Below are positions 53,830 to 63,700 of a DNA stretch of 64,000 nucleotides, piece by piece. A model generated the notes under the pieces. That model saw only the letters and a list, made by a program, of their open reading frames with translations, searched no databases and was not told the DNA's origin. The number at the start of each line of letters is the position of its first letter. The first letter of the stretch is position 1. Both the position numbers and the translations under genes were made by a program. This stretch comes from a virus, in IMG/VR virus record IMGVR_UViG_3300015372_000001, positions 16,738-80,737 of that record; one strand, written 5' to 3'.

Positions 53830-54162
53830 ATGCCGACCAACACCCCGATCGCAGGCTTCCGGATCCCGGTAGGCGGCGACGACCCGGATGTCGTAGACGA
53901 CCTGACCCAGTTCGCTCTGGGCGTCGAGAAGCGGGTGATCGCGGTCTTCGCCACCCCGTCCGCCCGGGACACCGCGTACACCGGGAGGCTCGAGGAGGGG
54001 CTGTTTGCCTTCACCAAGGACCAGAACCAGCTCTGGTACTACTCCGGGGCGGCCTGGGTCGAGTTCGTGCCGAGCACCGGGCAGAAGATCGGCTCCGGAC
54101 CATCGGTGCCGTCCAACTCCGACCCGACCTACGCCAACAACGACGTGTTCTTCAAGGTGTGA
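53830..54162 (+). CDS. Minor tail protein
   Basis: GGAGGT RBS; F.T..ARD...EG...T.D...LW.YSG.AW. Confidence 0.7.
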   Translation: MPTNTPIAGFRIPVGGDDPDVVDDLTQFALGVEKRVIAVFATPSARDTAYTGRLEEGLFAFTKDQNQLWYYSGAAWVEFVPSTGQKIGSGPSVPSNSDPTYANNDVFFKV

Positions 54163-54163
54163 G

Positions 54164-55288
54164 ATGTCGCTGCACATCAAGGTCGATGGAGTCTGGGTCG
54201 AGGCTCAGCGCCCGTACCTGAAGCGGAACGGGGTCTGGGTCGCGGCGGACGAGGCCTGGGTGAAGCGCTCCGGTGCCTGGGTGCGGGCCTACGAGTTCGA
54301 TGTCATCCCACCGAACCCGCCGGAGATCACCCTGCAGATAGTCGAGGACTTCGACACGGTGCACGGCCAGCGGAAGCTGAAGACCCGCTACATCAAGGTC
54401 GGCACCCGGCTGCCTGGGGCGGCCAACGATCCCGATGCTCGGCTGACTCGGGTGCTGACCACCTACCACGGCGACGCCCCGACCACCCAGTTCGGCGGCA
54501 CCTACACCACCACTCCCGATCATGACTGGACCGGCGAGCCGTGGAGCGAGTGGCGCTACAACAAGTACGGCGACCACAACAACACCTCGAACTACACCTA
54601 CAAGCAGTGGCCGCCGAACGTGACTGCCGGGTACACCATCCCCGGGGACAAGGACTACCACTTCACCGGCTGGAGCCTGGACGACGCCGGCAACTGGAGC
54701 GTGGCCACCCCGACTAAGATCCACATCCCCAAGGACTCGGTGGAGACTCCGAACATCATCGTCAAGGACGCCCGGTTCCAGCCGAACACCTCCGGGAGCT
54801 GGCGCAGCAACGGGTACCAGGGCGGGGACCTGATCCAGCAGAACAACCCGAAGAGCCAGGGGCTGTGGTTCCACGGCAACCAGTTCACCGACTCAGTCGG
54901 CACGCAGGGTGCGCCGACCATCCGCAAGGCCCAGATCAAGATCACCCGTGAGGGCAAAGACGAGGACAACGGCTCGGCCAGCGCCAACATCTACCTGTTC
55001 TGGCACGGCTACATCAACCCCAACGCACTGCCGAACCCGAACGCGCCGGGCGGGATCACCCAGCACGGGATCAACAAGGTCGGGCAGCTGGCCAAGGGCG
55101 AGTCCAAGTGGTTCGACCTGCCGGAGGTGTACTTCAACAACCTCAAGAACGACATCAAGGGGTTCGGGCTGTACTGGAAGGACCCGGACAAGGCGTCGGC
55201 CTTCGCAGCCGACTACTCCCGGATCGTGTCGACCAGCCAGGCACTGCGATGTGGTGAGGTCTACATCGTGTGGGAAGAGAAACTCTAG
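54164..55288 (+). CDS. Minor tail protein
   Basis: Three K..G.W repeats at N-terminus; beta-rich. Confidence 0.7.
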   Translation: MSLHIKVDGVWVEAQRPYLKRNGVWVAADEAWVKRSGAWVRAYEFDVIPPNPPEITLQIVEDFDTVHGQRKLKTRYIKVGTRLPGAANDPDARLTRVLTTYHGDAPTTQFGGTYTTTPDHDWTGEPWSEWRYNKYGDHNNTSNYTYKQWPPNVTAGYTIPGDKDYHFTGWSLDDAGNWSVATPTKIHIPKDSVETPNIIVKDARFQPNTSGSWRSNGYQGGDLIQQNNPKSQGLWFHGNQFTDSVGTQGAPTIRKAQIKITREGKDEDNGSASANIYLFWHGYINPNALPNPNAPGGITQHGINKVGQLAKGESKWFDLPEVYFNNLKNDIKGFGLYWKDPDKASAFAADYSRIVSTSQALRCGEVYIVWEEKL

Positions 55289-55296
55289 GAGGAAGC

Positions 55297-55458
55297 ATGG
55301 CCAAGAGCACCAACCCCAACCAGGACACCGAGTACGACAACCCCGGTGTCGAGGGCCAGCTGCTCTACCCCGAGGTAGAGGTGGACCAGGAGCGGGCAGC
55401 CGCCTTCGCCGGCGGCAAGGTGGATTCACTCTACGACGAGGACGAGGAGGACGAGTGA
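55297..55458 (+). CDS. Small acidic protein 1
   Basis: AGGAGG RBS; GQLLYP motif shared with next gene. Confidence 0.65.
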   Translation: MAKSTNPNQDTEYDNPGVEGQLLYPEVEVDQERAAAFAGGKVDSLYDEDEEDE

Positions 55459-55667
55459 TGGCCGACACTGAGCCGAACCAGCCACCGGAGGACAACCCGG
55501 TGATGTACACCACCCACGCCGACGATGCCGGGATCGTCGGGCAGATCCTTTACCCGACCACCGAGGTGGATGCCTACCGGGCCGGTGAGTACGCGGCCGG
55601 GAGCGTGGACACCCTGGAGATCAGCGACGACGAGACCTGGCCACCCGAGGAGGAGCCCGAGGCATGA
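55458..55667 (+). CDS. Small acidic protein 2 (paralog of 1)
   Basis: TGATG coupling; GQILYP motif. Confidence 0.65.
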   Translation: MADTEPNQPPEDNPVMYTTHADDAGIVGQILYPTTEVDAYRAGEYAAGSVDTLEISDDETWPPEEEPEA

Positions 55668-55828
55668 GTGATGAGCCGTCGGTGGAGGAGCCCCTCGCGG
55701 ACGAGGCAGACCTGGAGGAAGAGGGTCTGGAGGTCGACTTCGACCCAGATGAGGAGATCGAGCCGGACGACTCCGACGACCCGGGCCCGGGCGGAAACCT
55801 GGGCATCGAGGAAGGCGAGGACGGATGA
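55664..55828 (+). CDS. Small hyper-acidic protein 3 (54 aa)
   Basis: ATGA overlaps on both sides; MSDEPSVEEPLADEADLEEEG...; no Lys or Arg; not in ORF track. Confidence 0.6.
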   Translation: MSDEPSVEEPLADEADLEEEGLEVDFDPDEEIEPDDSDDPGPGGNLGIEEGEDG

Positions 55829-56262
55829 GACCGGTCAACGCCGCGATCGGCACGCCGTACGGCAGGCGCGGCCCGTGGTGGTCGTGCCGGCGGGACTCCC
55901 GGGGCAACGGGATCCACACCGGGGTTGACTTCCCGGCCGCGATCGGGACCACCGTGATCGCGGCCCGGGGCGGCCGGGTGGTCTACGCCAACCACGGCTC
56001 CGCCTTCGGCTTCCACCAGCTCGAGATCGTGCACGGCGACGGCACCCGGGACTTCTACGCCCACATGCGCACCCGGAGCGTGCCCAACGGGTCCCGGGTC
56101 CGGGCCGGGCGCAAGATCGGCGAGGTCGGGGCCGAGGGCAACGTGACCGGGCCGCACCTGCACTTCGAGCGGCACTCGGTCGCGACCGGGGGCTGGTCGT
56201 GCTCGATCGTGCGCAACCCGCAGCCCTCGATCGACTTCAAGCCGAGATGGAAGAAGAAGTAG
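55825..56262 (+). CDS. Endolysin, M23 peptidase
   Basis: HTGVD, YAHM, GNVTGPHLHFE. Confidence 0.9.
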   Translation: MRPVNAAIGTPYGRRGPWWSCRRDSRGNGIHTGVDFPAAIGTTVIAARGGRVVYANHGSAFGFHQLEIVHGDGTRDFYAHMRTRSVPNGSRVRAGRKIGEVGAEGNVTGPHLHFERHSVATGGWSCSIVRNPQPSIDFKPRWKKK

Positions 56263-56799
56263 ATGGCCGTCTCGCAGAACGGCTGGCAGGTCCTGGGCGG
56301 GAGCTTCGACGGCCCCTTCCCGCGGCTGCGGAACTGGAGGATCCCCGGGGCGACCCGGCAGCTGCCGCTGCGAGACGGCTCGGCAGGGTTTCTGCTGGTG
56401 CACATGGCGACCTGGTTCGACCGCAACATCGAGAAGATCGATCCCGGCTTCGATGACTGGGGCTGGTCCCCGCGCCGGATCGGCAACACCGACGTGTGGT
56501 CCAACCATGCCTCGGGGACCGCGGAGGACCTGAACGCCGACCGTCATCCGCAGGGCCGGTCGGCCTCGCTGAGCTTCTCCACCCTGGAGATCACCAACAT
56601 CCACCGTCGGCTGGGGATGTACAAGGACTGCGTGCGCTGGGGCGGCGACTTCCGTTCGATCCCGGACCCGATGCACTTCGAGATCGCCAAGGACCCGGTG
56701 GCGGTCGAACAGCGCGCCCGGTACCTGTGCGGGCGCGGTGCGATCGGCAGAGCGGTACTGGCTGCGAACCCCGGAGCCAGATCGGTGATCTTCACCTAG
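56263..56799 (+). CDS. Endolysin, M15-type peptidase
   Basis: SQNGW; SNHASGTAEDLNA..HP; WGGD; D.MHFE. Confidence 0.9.
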   Translation: MAVSQNGWQVLGGSFDGPFPRLRNWRIPGATRQLPLRDGSAGFLLVHMATWFDRNIEKIDPGFDDWGWSPRRIGNTDVWSNHASGTAEDLNADRHPQGRSASLSFSTLEITNIHRRLGMYKDCVRWGGDFRSIPDPMHFEIAKDPVAVEQRARYLCGRGAIGRAVLAANPGARSVIFT

Positions 56800-56807
56800 G
56801 AGGAACC

Positions 56808-57008
56808 ATGGAGATCGTCAAGAACGAGCCAGTCCTGATCCAGAGCCTGGTGCAAGCGGTCCTGGGGCTGTTCCTGGCCTTCGGGGTGAACCTGAGCAAC
56901 GAGCAGACCGGCTCGATCATGGCCGTGGTGGCAGTGGTGCTGGCGATCGTGGCCCGGATGTTCGTCACCCCGACCAACAAGCTGCCCGCACCACCTGCGG
57001 GTGACTGA
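56808..57008 (+). CDS. Holin
   Basis: AGGAGG RBS; EPV...two TM helices...R.FVTP; follows lysins. Confidence 0.8.
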   Translation: MEIVKNEPVLIQSLVQAVLGLFLAFGVNLSNEQTGSIMAVVAVVLAIVARMFVTPTNKLPAPPAGD

Positions 57009-57328
57009 TGCCCGGCTTCGTCACCGTCTACGGCTCCTTCGCCCGGGGCCGGGAACCGGTGCACGGGCTGGTCCGGTTCACCCCGGAGCGGCTGTGGGTG
57101 ATCGAGAACGAGGTGCCCTGGGCCACCCTGGCACCGTGGACCGAGCTGGACGCCGAGGGTCGGTTCGAGGTCCGGCTCACGCCCACCGACACCGATACCG
57201 TGCCCTGGTACTACCAGGTGGAGAGCCCGGCCGGCTGCTGGCGGATCCGGGTCTACAAGAAGTGCCCGACCTACGGCCTGAAGGAGCTGATCGTTGAGCA
57301 TCGTCCTGGGCCGCGGTCCCCGCACTGA
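57008..57328 (+). CDS. Hypothetical protein (tail-protein N-terminal-like)
   Basis: G.V.FTP...LD.EG.F.V.L..TD...W.Y.V. Confidence 0.55.
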   Translation: MPGFVTVYGSFARGREPVHGLVRFTPERLWVIENEVPWATLAPWTELDAEGRFEVRLTPTDTDTVPWYYQVESPAGCWRIRVYKKCPTYGLKELIVEHRPGPRSPH

Positions 57329-58796
57329 CTCCGAGCTGTACGAGCTGGTCAAGGCGCTGTGGGGCCATACCATCCCCCGGCACAAAGTGTGTCCCGAGCA
57401 CAACGCGCCGTTCGAGGCCTTCGCCCACGGCTACTTCAACCGCGCCCCGCAGATCCTGATCAAGGGGTCGCGAGGCCTGTCCGGGAAGAGCCGCCTGGTC
57501 TCCCTGTTGGGCCTGACCTACGCGGCCGTGCACGGGGCCGACACCAACATCGTGGGCGGCTCGCTGAACCAGTCGGTCAACATCCAGGAGACGATCCGGG
57601 ACGCCTTCAACTTCGAGCGCGCGCCGAGGTACCTGATCCGGGACGAGTCGCAGACCGCGGTCCGGCTGGTCAACGGTGCGGTGATCCGGCCGCTGACTGC
57701 CTCGCAGAAGACGGTCCGTGGCCCGCACCCGCCGATGCTGCTGCTGGACGAGATCGATGAGATGGATGTCGAGATCCTGGAGTCGGCCAAGGGCCAGCCG
57801 ATGCCGCAGAAGAACTACCGCGGGGAGATCATCCCGGCCCAGACGATCATGAGCTCGACCCTGCAGTACTCCGACAAGGCAATGGCCCAGGAGCTGGCCA
57901 GGTTCGACCTGGAGGGGCTGCCGGTCTTCGAGTGGTGCTACCGCGACACCGCCAACCCGATCGACGGCTGGCTGGACCCGGGGTTCGTGGAGCAGAAGCG
58001 GCGCGAGGTCTCGGCCGAGCGCTGGCGGGTGGAGTACGACCTGGGCGAGCCCAGCATCGGCAACCGTGCCTTCGACGCCAGCGCGGTCGAGGAGACCTTC
58101 TCCCTGCCGGCGGCCACGCTGAAGCAGAAGGACGGCAAGGAGTGGCAGGAGTACCGGTTCGAGGACCCGAAGAACGACCGGGAGTACGTGATCGGGGCTG
58201 ACTGGGCGCAGGCGGTGGACTGGACCGTGATCAGCGTGGTGGACGTGACCTACTTCCCGGTCAAGGTGGTGCACTGGACCCGGATGCGCCGGCATCCCTA
58301 CCCGGTGATGGTGGGGGTGTTCAACAAGCTGATGAAGGCCTACAACGCCGAAGGGATCCATGACGCGACCGGTCTGGGCGCGGTGGTCAGCGACTACATC
58401 GACCGGCGCGCGCGGGGCTTCATCATGGCCGGCCGGGCCCGGGACGACATGCTGAGCGAGTACGTCTCCTCGGTCGAGAACGGGAGGTGGCGGGCCCCGA
58501 AGATCCGGGAGTTCTACCTGGCGCACCTGTACTGCTCGACCGAGCAGCTGTTCAACCGGGGAAAGGAGTTCCACCTGCCGGACGAGGTGTGCTCGATGGC
58601 CCTGGTCTGGCGGTCGATCAGCAAGCGGGCGATCCCGGCGATCCCGGTGGTGCTGGGCGGCAACAACGACCCGTCCTGGATCGAGGACGAGATGCGGTTC
58701 AACCGTGACGCCAAGCGCAAGCCCGGCAACTGGGTGGTCGGCGGGGTGGAGAACAAGTCCAAGGAGATCGCCAGCGAGCTCGACCTGATGGTGTGA
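57294..58796 (+). CDS. terL: Terminase large subunit
   Basis: Walker A GSRGLSGKS, Walker B LLLDEID, RNase H-like VIGADWA..D.T, HLPDEV; adjacent to portal. Confidence 0.9.
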   Translation: MSIVLGRGPRTDSELYELVKALWGHTIPRHKVCPEHNAPFEAFAHGYFNRAPQILIKGSRGLSGKSRLVSLLGLTYAAVHGADTNIVGGSLNQSVNIQETIRDAFNFERAPRYLIRDESQTAVRLVNGAVIRPLTASQKTVRGPHPPMLLLDEIDEMDVEILESAKGQPMPQKNYRGEIIPAQTIMSSTLQYSDKAMAQELARFDLEGLPVFEWCYRDTANPIDGWLDPGFVEQKRREVSAERWRVEYDLGEPSIGNRAFDASAVEETFSLPAATLKQKDGKEWQEYRFEDPKNDREYVIGADWAQAVDWTVISVVDVTYFPVKVVHWTRMRRHPYPVMVGVFNKLMKAYNAEGIHDATGLGAVVSDYIDRRARGFIMAGRARDDMLSEYVSSVENGRWRAPKIREFYLAHLYCSTEQLFNRGKEFHLPDEVCSMALVWRSISKRAIPAIPVVLGGNNDPSWIEDEMRFNRDAKRKPGNWVVGGVENKSKEIASELDLMV

Positions 58797-58821
58797 GTGA
58801 CAACCCAGGGAGACTGGAGAC

Positions 58822-60744
58822 ATGGCAGACGTGCGGTTCCCCGACGGTCGAGACATCTCGATCTACGACGAGGACAACGTGGGGGATGCGGTCCCCAAGA
58901 ACGTGCCGCCGATGCTCGAACTCGGTGTCACCGGAGTCAAGCGGGTCTCCGGCTACGTCGATGAGGAGTTCCTGCCGGCGCTGCGTGGCCGCAAGGCGGT
59001 CAAGGTCTACCGGGAGATGTCTGCCAACGACTCCATGGTCGGGGCGCTGCTGTTCAGCATCGACAAGCTGATCCGCGAGGTGGAGTGGAAGGTGCTGCCG
59101 GCCGACCAGTCCGAGGAGAACATCCTGGCCCAGGAGTTCCTCGAGTCCTGCATGGACGACATGAACGAGCCATGGGACGGGTTCATCGGCGAGGTGCTGA
59201 GCATGATCCCGTACGGCTGGAGCTGGCACGAGATCGTCTACAAGCGCCGGATGGGCCCCTGGGAGACCGACCCGAAGAAGCGCTCGAAGCACTCCGACGG
59301 GCTGATCGGCTGGCGGAAGATGCCGATCCGCGCCCAGGAGACGCTGATGCGCTGGGTCTTCGCCGAGGACGGCGGGGTCAAGGCGATGGTGCAGATGGCC
59401 CCGCCCCGGTACCAGATGACGGTGATCCCGATCGAGAAGTCGATCCTGTTCCGGACCGCGATCGCCAAGGGCAACCCGGAGGGCTACAGCCTGCTCCGCA
59501 ACGCCTACCGGCCCTGGTACTTCAAGAAGCGGCTGGAGGAGTTCGAGGCGATCGGGGTCGAGCGGGACCTGGCTGGTATGCCGGTCGGTCGGGTCCCGGC
59601 CGACTACCTGACCGCGGCCAAGGGAACCCCCCAGGCGAAGACCGTGGACGCCTTCAAGAAGATGGTGCGCGGGGTCAGGCGGGACGAGAACGAGGGCCTG
59701 GTGCTGCCCACCCAGTACGACCCGGACACCAAGCAGCCGCTGTTCGACTTCGAGCTGATGAGCTCGGGAGGCTCCCGGCAGTTCGACACCAACTCCATCA
59801 TCACCCGCTACGAGCAGCGGATCCTGATGACCGTGCTGGCCGACTTCATCCTGGTCGGGCACCAGGACACCGGCTCCTACAGCCTGCACACCGACAAGAC
59901 CGGGATCTTCCGGGCCGCGCTGAACGCGATCGCGAAGGCCATCGCGGACACCCTGAACCGGTACGCCGTGCCCCGGCTGTTCGCGATGAACGGCTGGAAG
60001 CTGGACCAGCTGCCGCGGTTCGAGCCGACCAACGTGGACCCGCCCGCACTGGACCAGCTGGCCGCCTTCATCTCGGCCACCGCCGGTGCCGGCATGCAGT
60101 GGTTCCCGGACCCGGAGCTGGAGAAGTACGTCCGCGAGATCGCCCGGCTGCCGGAGATGACCGAGGAGGACGTGGACTACAAGCGGGCGATGCTGGAGCA
60201 GCAGCAGGCGATGGAGTTCGCCGGCAGCCAGATGGAGATGCTCGGGATGCGGCAGAAGGCCGAGCTGACCGCGCAGGGGTTCAGCCCGGAGCAGGCCCAG
60301 ATGCACGCCGAGCAGCCCACCGCCGAGATGGCCCAGCAGTACGCCGTGGACGGTGCCAATGCCGAGCAGGAGGGCGAGGCGGCCAGGCGGCTGCACCCGG
60401 TGGGCCAGGCCGACGCCGCCGACGCCCAGATGCAGATGCAGATCGAGCAGAGCCGGGAGGAGATGAAGAACGCTCCCCCGCCCGCAGACCCGAACGAGGA
60501 GAAGCGGTTCGCGCGGGAGAAGGCCAAGGCCGACCAGGACGAGAAGTACGCTGCGGTCGGACACAAGCGGGAGACCGAGAAGATGAAGCTCGCCGACCAG
60601 TTGGCCGAGCGCAAGCACCAGCGGGACATCGCTGCGCTGCGGGAGAAGAAGAAGCAGGTCGGTCGCCCGGACAAGCGTCCTGCTGCCAGGGTGGTCCCGG
60701 CGAAGAAGACCGCGAAGAAGCCACCTCCGAAGAGGGGGAAGTGA
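58822..60744 (+). CDS. Portal protein
   Basis: YG.S.HE.VYK; GNPEG.SLLRNAY..WYFK..LEE.EAIG.ERDLAG.P; II.RY...I...LA.F; GSYSL. Confidence 0.9.
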   Translation: MADVRFPDGRDISIYDEDNVGDAVPKNVPPMLELGVTGVKRVSGYVDEEFLPALRGRKAVKVYREMSANDSMVGALLFSIDKLIREVEWKVLPADQSEENILAQEFLESCMDDMNEPWDGFIGEVLSMIPYGWSWHEIVYKRRMGPWETDPKKRSKHSDGLIGWRKMPIRAQETLMRWVFAEDGGVKAMVQMAPPRYQMTVIPIEKSILFRTAIAKGNPEGYSLLRNAYRPWYFKKRLEEFEAIGVERDLAGMPVGRVPADYLTAAKGTPQAKTVDAFKKMVRGVRRDENEGLVLPTQYDPDTKQPLFDFELMSSGGSRQFDTNSIITRYEQRILMTVLADFILVGHQDTGSYSLHTDKTGIFRAALNAIAKAIADTLNRYAVPRLFAMNGWKLDQLPRFEPTNVDPPALDQLAAFISATAGAGMQWFPDPELEKYVREIARLPEMTEEDVDYKRAMLEQQQAMEFAGSQMEMLGMRQKAELTAQGFSPEQAQMHAEQPTAEMAQQYAVDGANAEQEGEAARRLHPVGQADAADAQMQMQIEQSREEMKNAPPPADPNEEKRFAREKAKADQDEKYAAVGHKRETEKMKLADQLAERKHQRDIAALREKKKQVGRPDKRPAARVVPAKKTAKKPPPKRGK

Positions 60745-60745
60745 G

Positions 60746-63700
60746 ATGCCGTTCCAGAGCGTGAAGCAGCGCGGGTACCTGCTCGCGCACCCGGAGATCA
60801 CCGACAAGAAGGGCCGGTCGGTGGGCCGGAAGTGGCTCAAGGAGCACGGGACCAAGGTCGAGAAGAACCGGGGTGACGGCTGGCTGAAGCCGGTGGTGGC
60901 CGGCACCGTCGCCGGTGGTCTGGCCAACCAGTTCCCCCGGGTCCAGGACATCGAGCGCGAGGCCCGACGGAAGAAGAAGCGCAAGGGCGTGACCAAGCGG
61001 CTGGACACCCCGGACTGGCCCGAGGACGGGTTCTTCAACACCAAGGCGGCCCAGCAGGCCTACGACCTGGTGATGAAGATGGACCGCGACACCGCCGAGA
61101 TGTTCGTGACCTGCGTAGTCTCCGACGCGCTCGAGGCCGACATCGAGGCCAACCGGCGGACCCTGCAGAAGCACCTGAACGAGGTGGTGGCCAAGCAGTT
61201 CACCGACCTGAAGCGAGCCACCATGCGGGTGGTGGCCAAGAGTGGGGACGGCGAGCAGGAGCAGGTCGAGTTCGCCCAGGCAGTCTCGGCCCTGGAGGAG
61301 ATCTGCAAGGCGGGGGTGGTCTCCAAGGTCAAGACCCCCTACGACTACGGCTTCGTCTTCCGTGAGGACCTGATCCGGCGTGACCCGGGGTCCGGGCAGT
61401 TCCAGACCAAGATCAAGCGCACCCAGGTCCGGCCGATCAACGACAAGACGGCTGCGTCGATGGGGATCCCCGAGCACACCACGGAGAACAAGCCCACCAA
61501 GTTCACGCCCAAGCAGAAGGCCCAGTACCAGGACGAGTACCGGCAGCTGGCCCACTTCCTGGGCTCGGTGGCCCAGTCCACCCAGAACTCCGGGGACACC
61601 CGGATCGACCTGCACTTCGAGGACGACCAGGGCAACCAGTGGATCGAGGAGGCGACCAGCACCCGACCGAAGCCGGGGCTGCTGGACCCCCGGGACCGGA
61701 ACCTGCGCGGGGTCACCGCCTACCCGAAGACGCTGAACCTGGGTGGGGCAGCGTTCGGTCTGAGCGGTGCGCTGGGCGGTGGGCTGTCCCCGCAGCGGGT
61801 GGGCCAGATCAACACCGCGGCCGCCCAGATGCCGTCCTTCGCCCAGGCCTGGACCAGGGACTACGGCCACACCGACACCAACGCCCGGCTCTACGGCCGG
61901 ACGAAGGCCGGAGGGCAGCTGCTGACCGAGGTCGCTCCCGCCGGGTCCAAGGCGAACCTGGCCGGGCACTTCGGGCGGTTCGTGGGCCAGTACGGCCCGC
62001 AGGCCGAGGCGGTGATCGGGCCGCCGGCGCGGAAGACTGCCTACCGCTACCGGGGCACCGAGAAGAAGCCGGACGAGAAGATGGTGGAGGCGTACCGCCA
62101 GGAGGTCAACCGGCAGATGGCCTTCCGGAGCGGCTTCGGTGATGAGGAGACCCAGACCGCGGTCAAGACCGCTCAGACCAGGGCGCTGAAGGCCGAGCAG
62201 AACAAGATCGCCGACCGTGAGGGCAAGCCGGTCGAGGCGGTCCGGATCCCGGAGGACCGGCGCAGGCAGATCCTGGACGCCACCAAGGCCAAGGTGCGCA
62301 GCGTGCAGCGGCCGGGCAAGCCCACCTGGACCGAGCAGAACGCGGCCAGCGCCGCGATCATCGACCATCTGCAGCGCCCGACCTCCGAGGGTGGAGCGGC
62401 CCCGGAGAAGAAGCTGTACAACCTGCAGCTGGCCTCGGGGAACGTCCCGCCGAGCGAGGGCGTGATCTTGGACCGGGACGGCCAGATCGTGACCCAGGCG
62501 ATCGGCTACGGCGACGACCACTACCTGCCGTTCAACCTGAAGAACCTGAAGGCGCTGAAGGGCGGCTCCTACATCCGGAACCGCTCGGTGGGCGGGCTGA
62601 CCAGCGAGGACATCTACACCGGCCTGGTCTCGGGCGCGCGTCAGGTGACCGTGGTCTCCCGCTCGGGGGTGTTCACCATGGAGTTCGAGCCGGACTTCCG
62701 TGGTGCTCGCCGGCACAACGACAAGGCCGCCCGGATGACTCGGCGCTACGAGCAGCTGCTGGACGCGGTGCAGTCCGAGCAGGTGGAGCGGCAGGGGATC
62801 GACCCCGATGTGCGCGCGGTGATCACGCAGAAGGTCAAGGCCGAGGCGGACACGGTGGGCCGCGGGGTCATGACCAACGCCGACATCCGAGCCGAGGTCA
62901 AGCGCCGGATCCAGGACTACCAGGCCAGTCCGGAGCTGGACGACGACACCGAGGAGATCATCCAGCTGATCGTGAACAACCGGACCGCCGGGCTGACCAG
63001 CCCGGACTCGAAGAAGATCCGGGCCACGGTCGAGAACGAGATCGCCCGGGACAAGGAGTACCGGTACCGGTTGAACGGCAACGGCTACGCCGCCGCGCTG
63101 GATGGCCTGCGCGAGCAGTTCCCGTACTACATCAAGGTCCGCAGCGTGCCGACCAAGGAGCTGGAGCGGTTCGAGACCGAGCGGGACCTCGGCTACATCG
63201 AGCCCGGGAAGATCCGTCCCACCGCTGCGGCCGCCGGTCTGTTCGGCAACGTCGGCGCGATCCAGACACCGAAGTACGACAAGATGGGCGGCAAGCTCTC
63301 GGCCCGGGACACCAACACCTACAAGCCGGCGTTCGTCCAGCCGGAGGAGCCCACCGCGGAGCCGACGGAGACTTCGACCGAGACCGCTGCCGAGACCGGG
63401 GAGAAGAAGCCGGAGACGGCTCCGGTGCCGACCACGATCGGTGCGATCAAGGAGCAGGCCAAGTACGACGACGCCGCGGTGACCCTGCAGCAGGCGATCA
63501 AGGAGCACATCGACCTGAGCCAGGACCAGCTCGCCAGCAAGTGGTACGGCCTGGGGTCGGGCGAGTTCCGGGCGTGGATCCAGAACAAGGAGAACCAAGC
63601 CGACTTCGACCAGTACGTGACCACCCGCGCGGCCGAGATGACCGCGGGTGGTACCGACCCCAGCGCACTGCACCGCGCGGCGGTGGTACAGCCGATGGCC

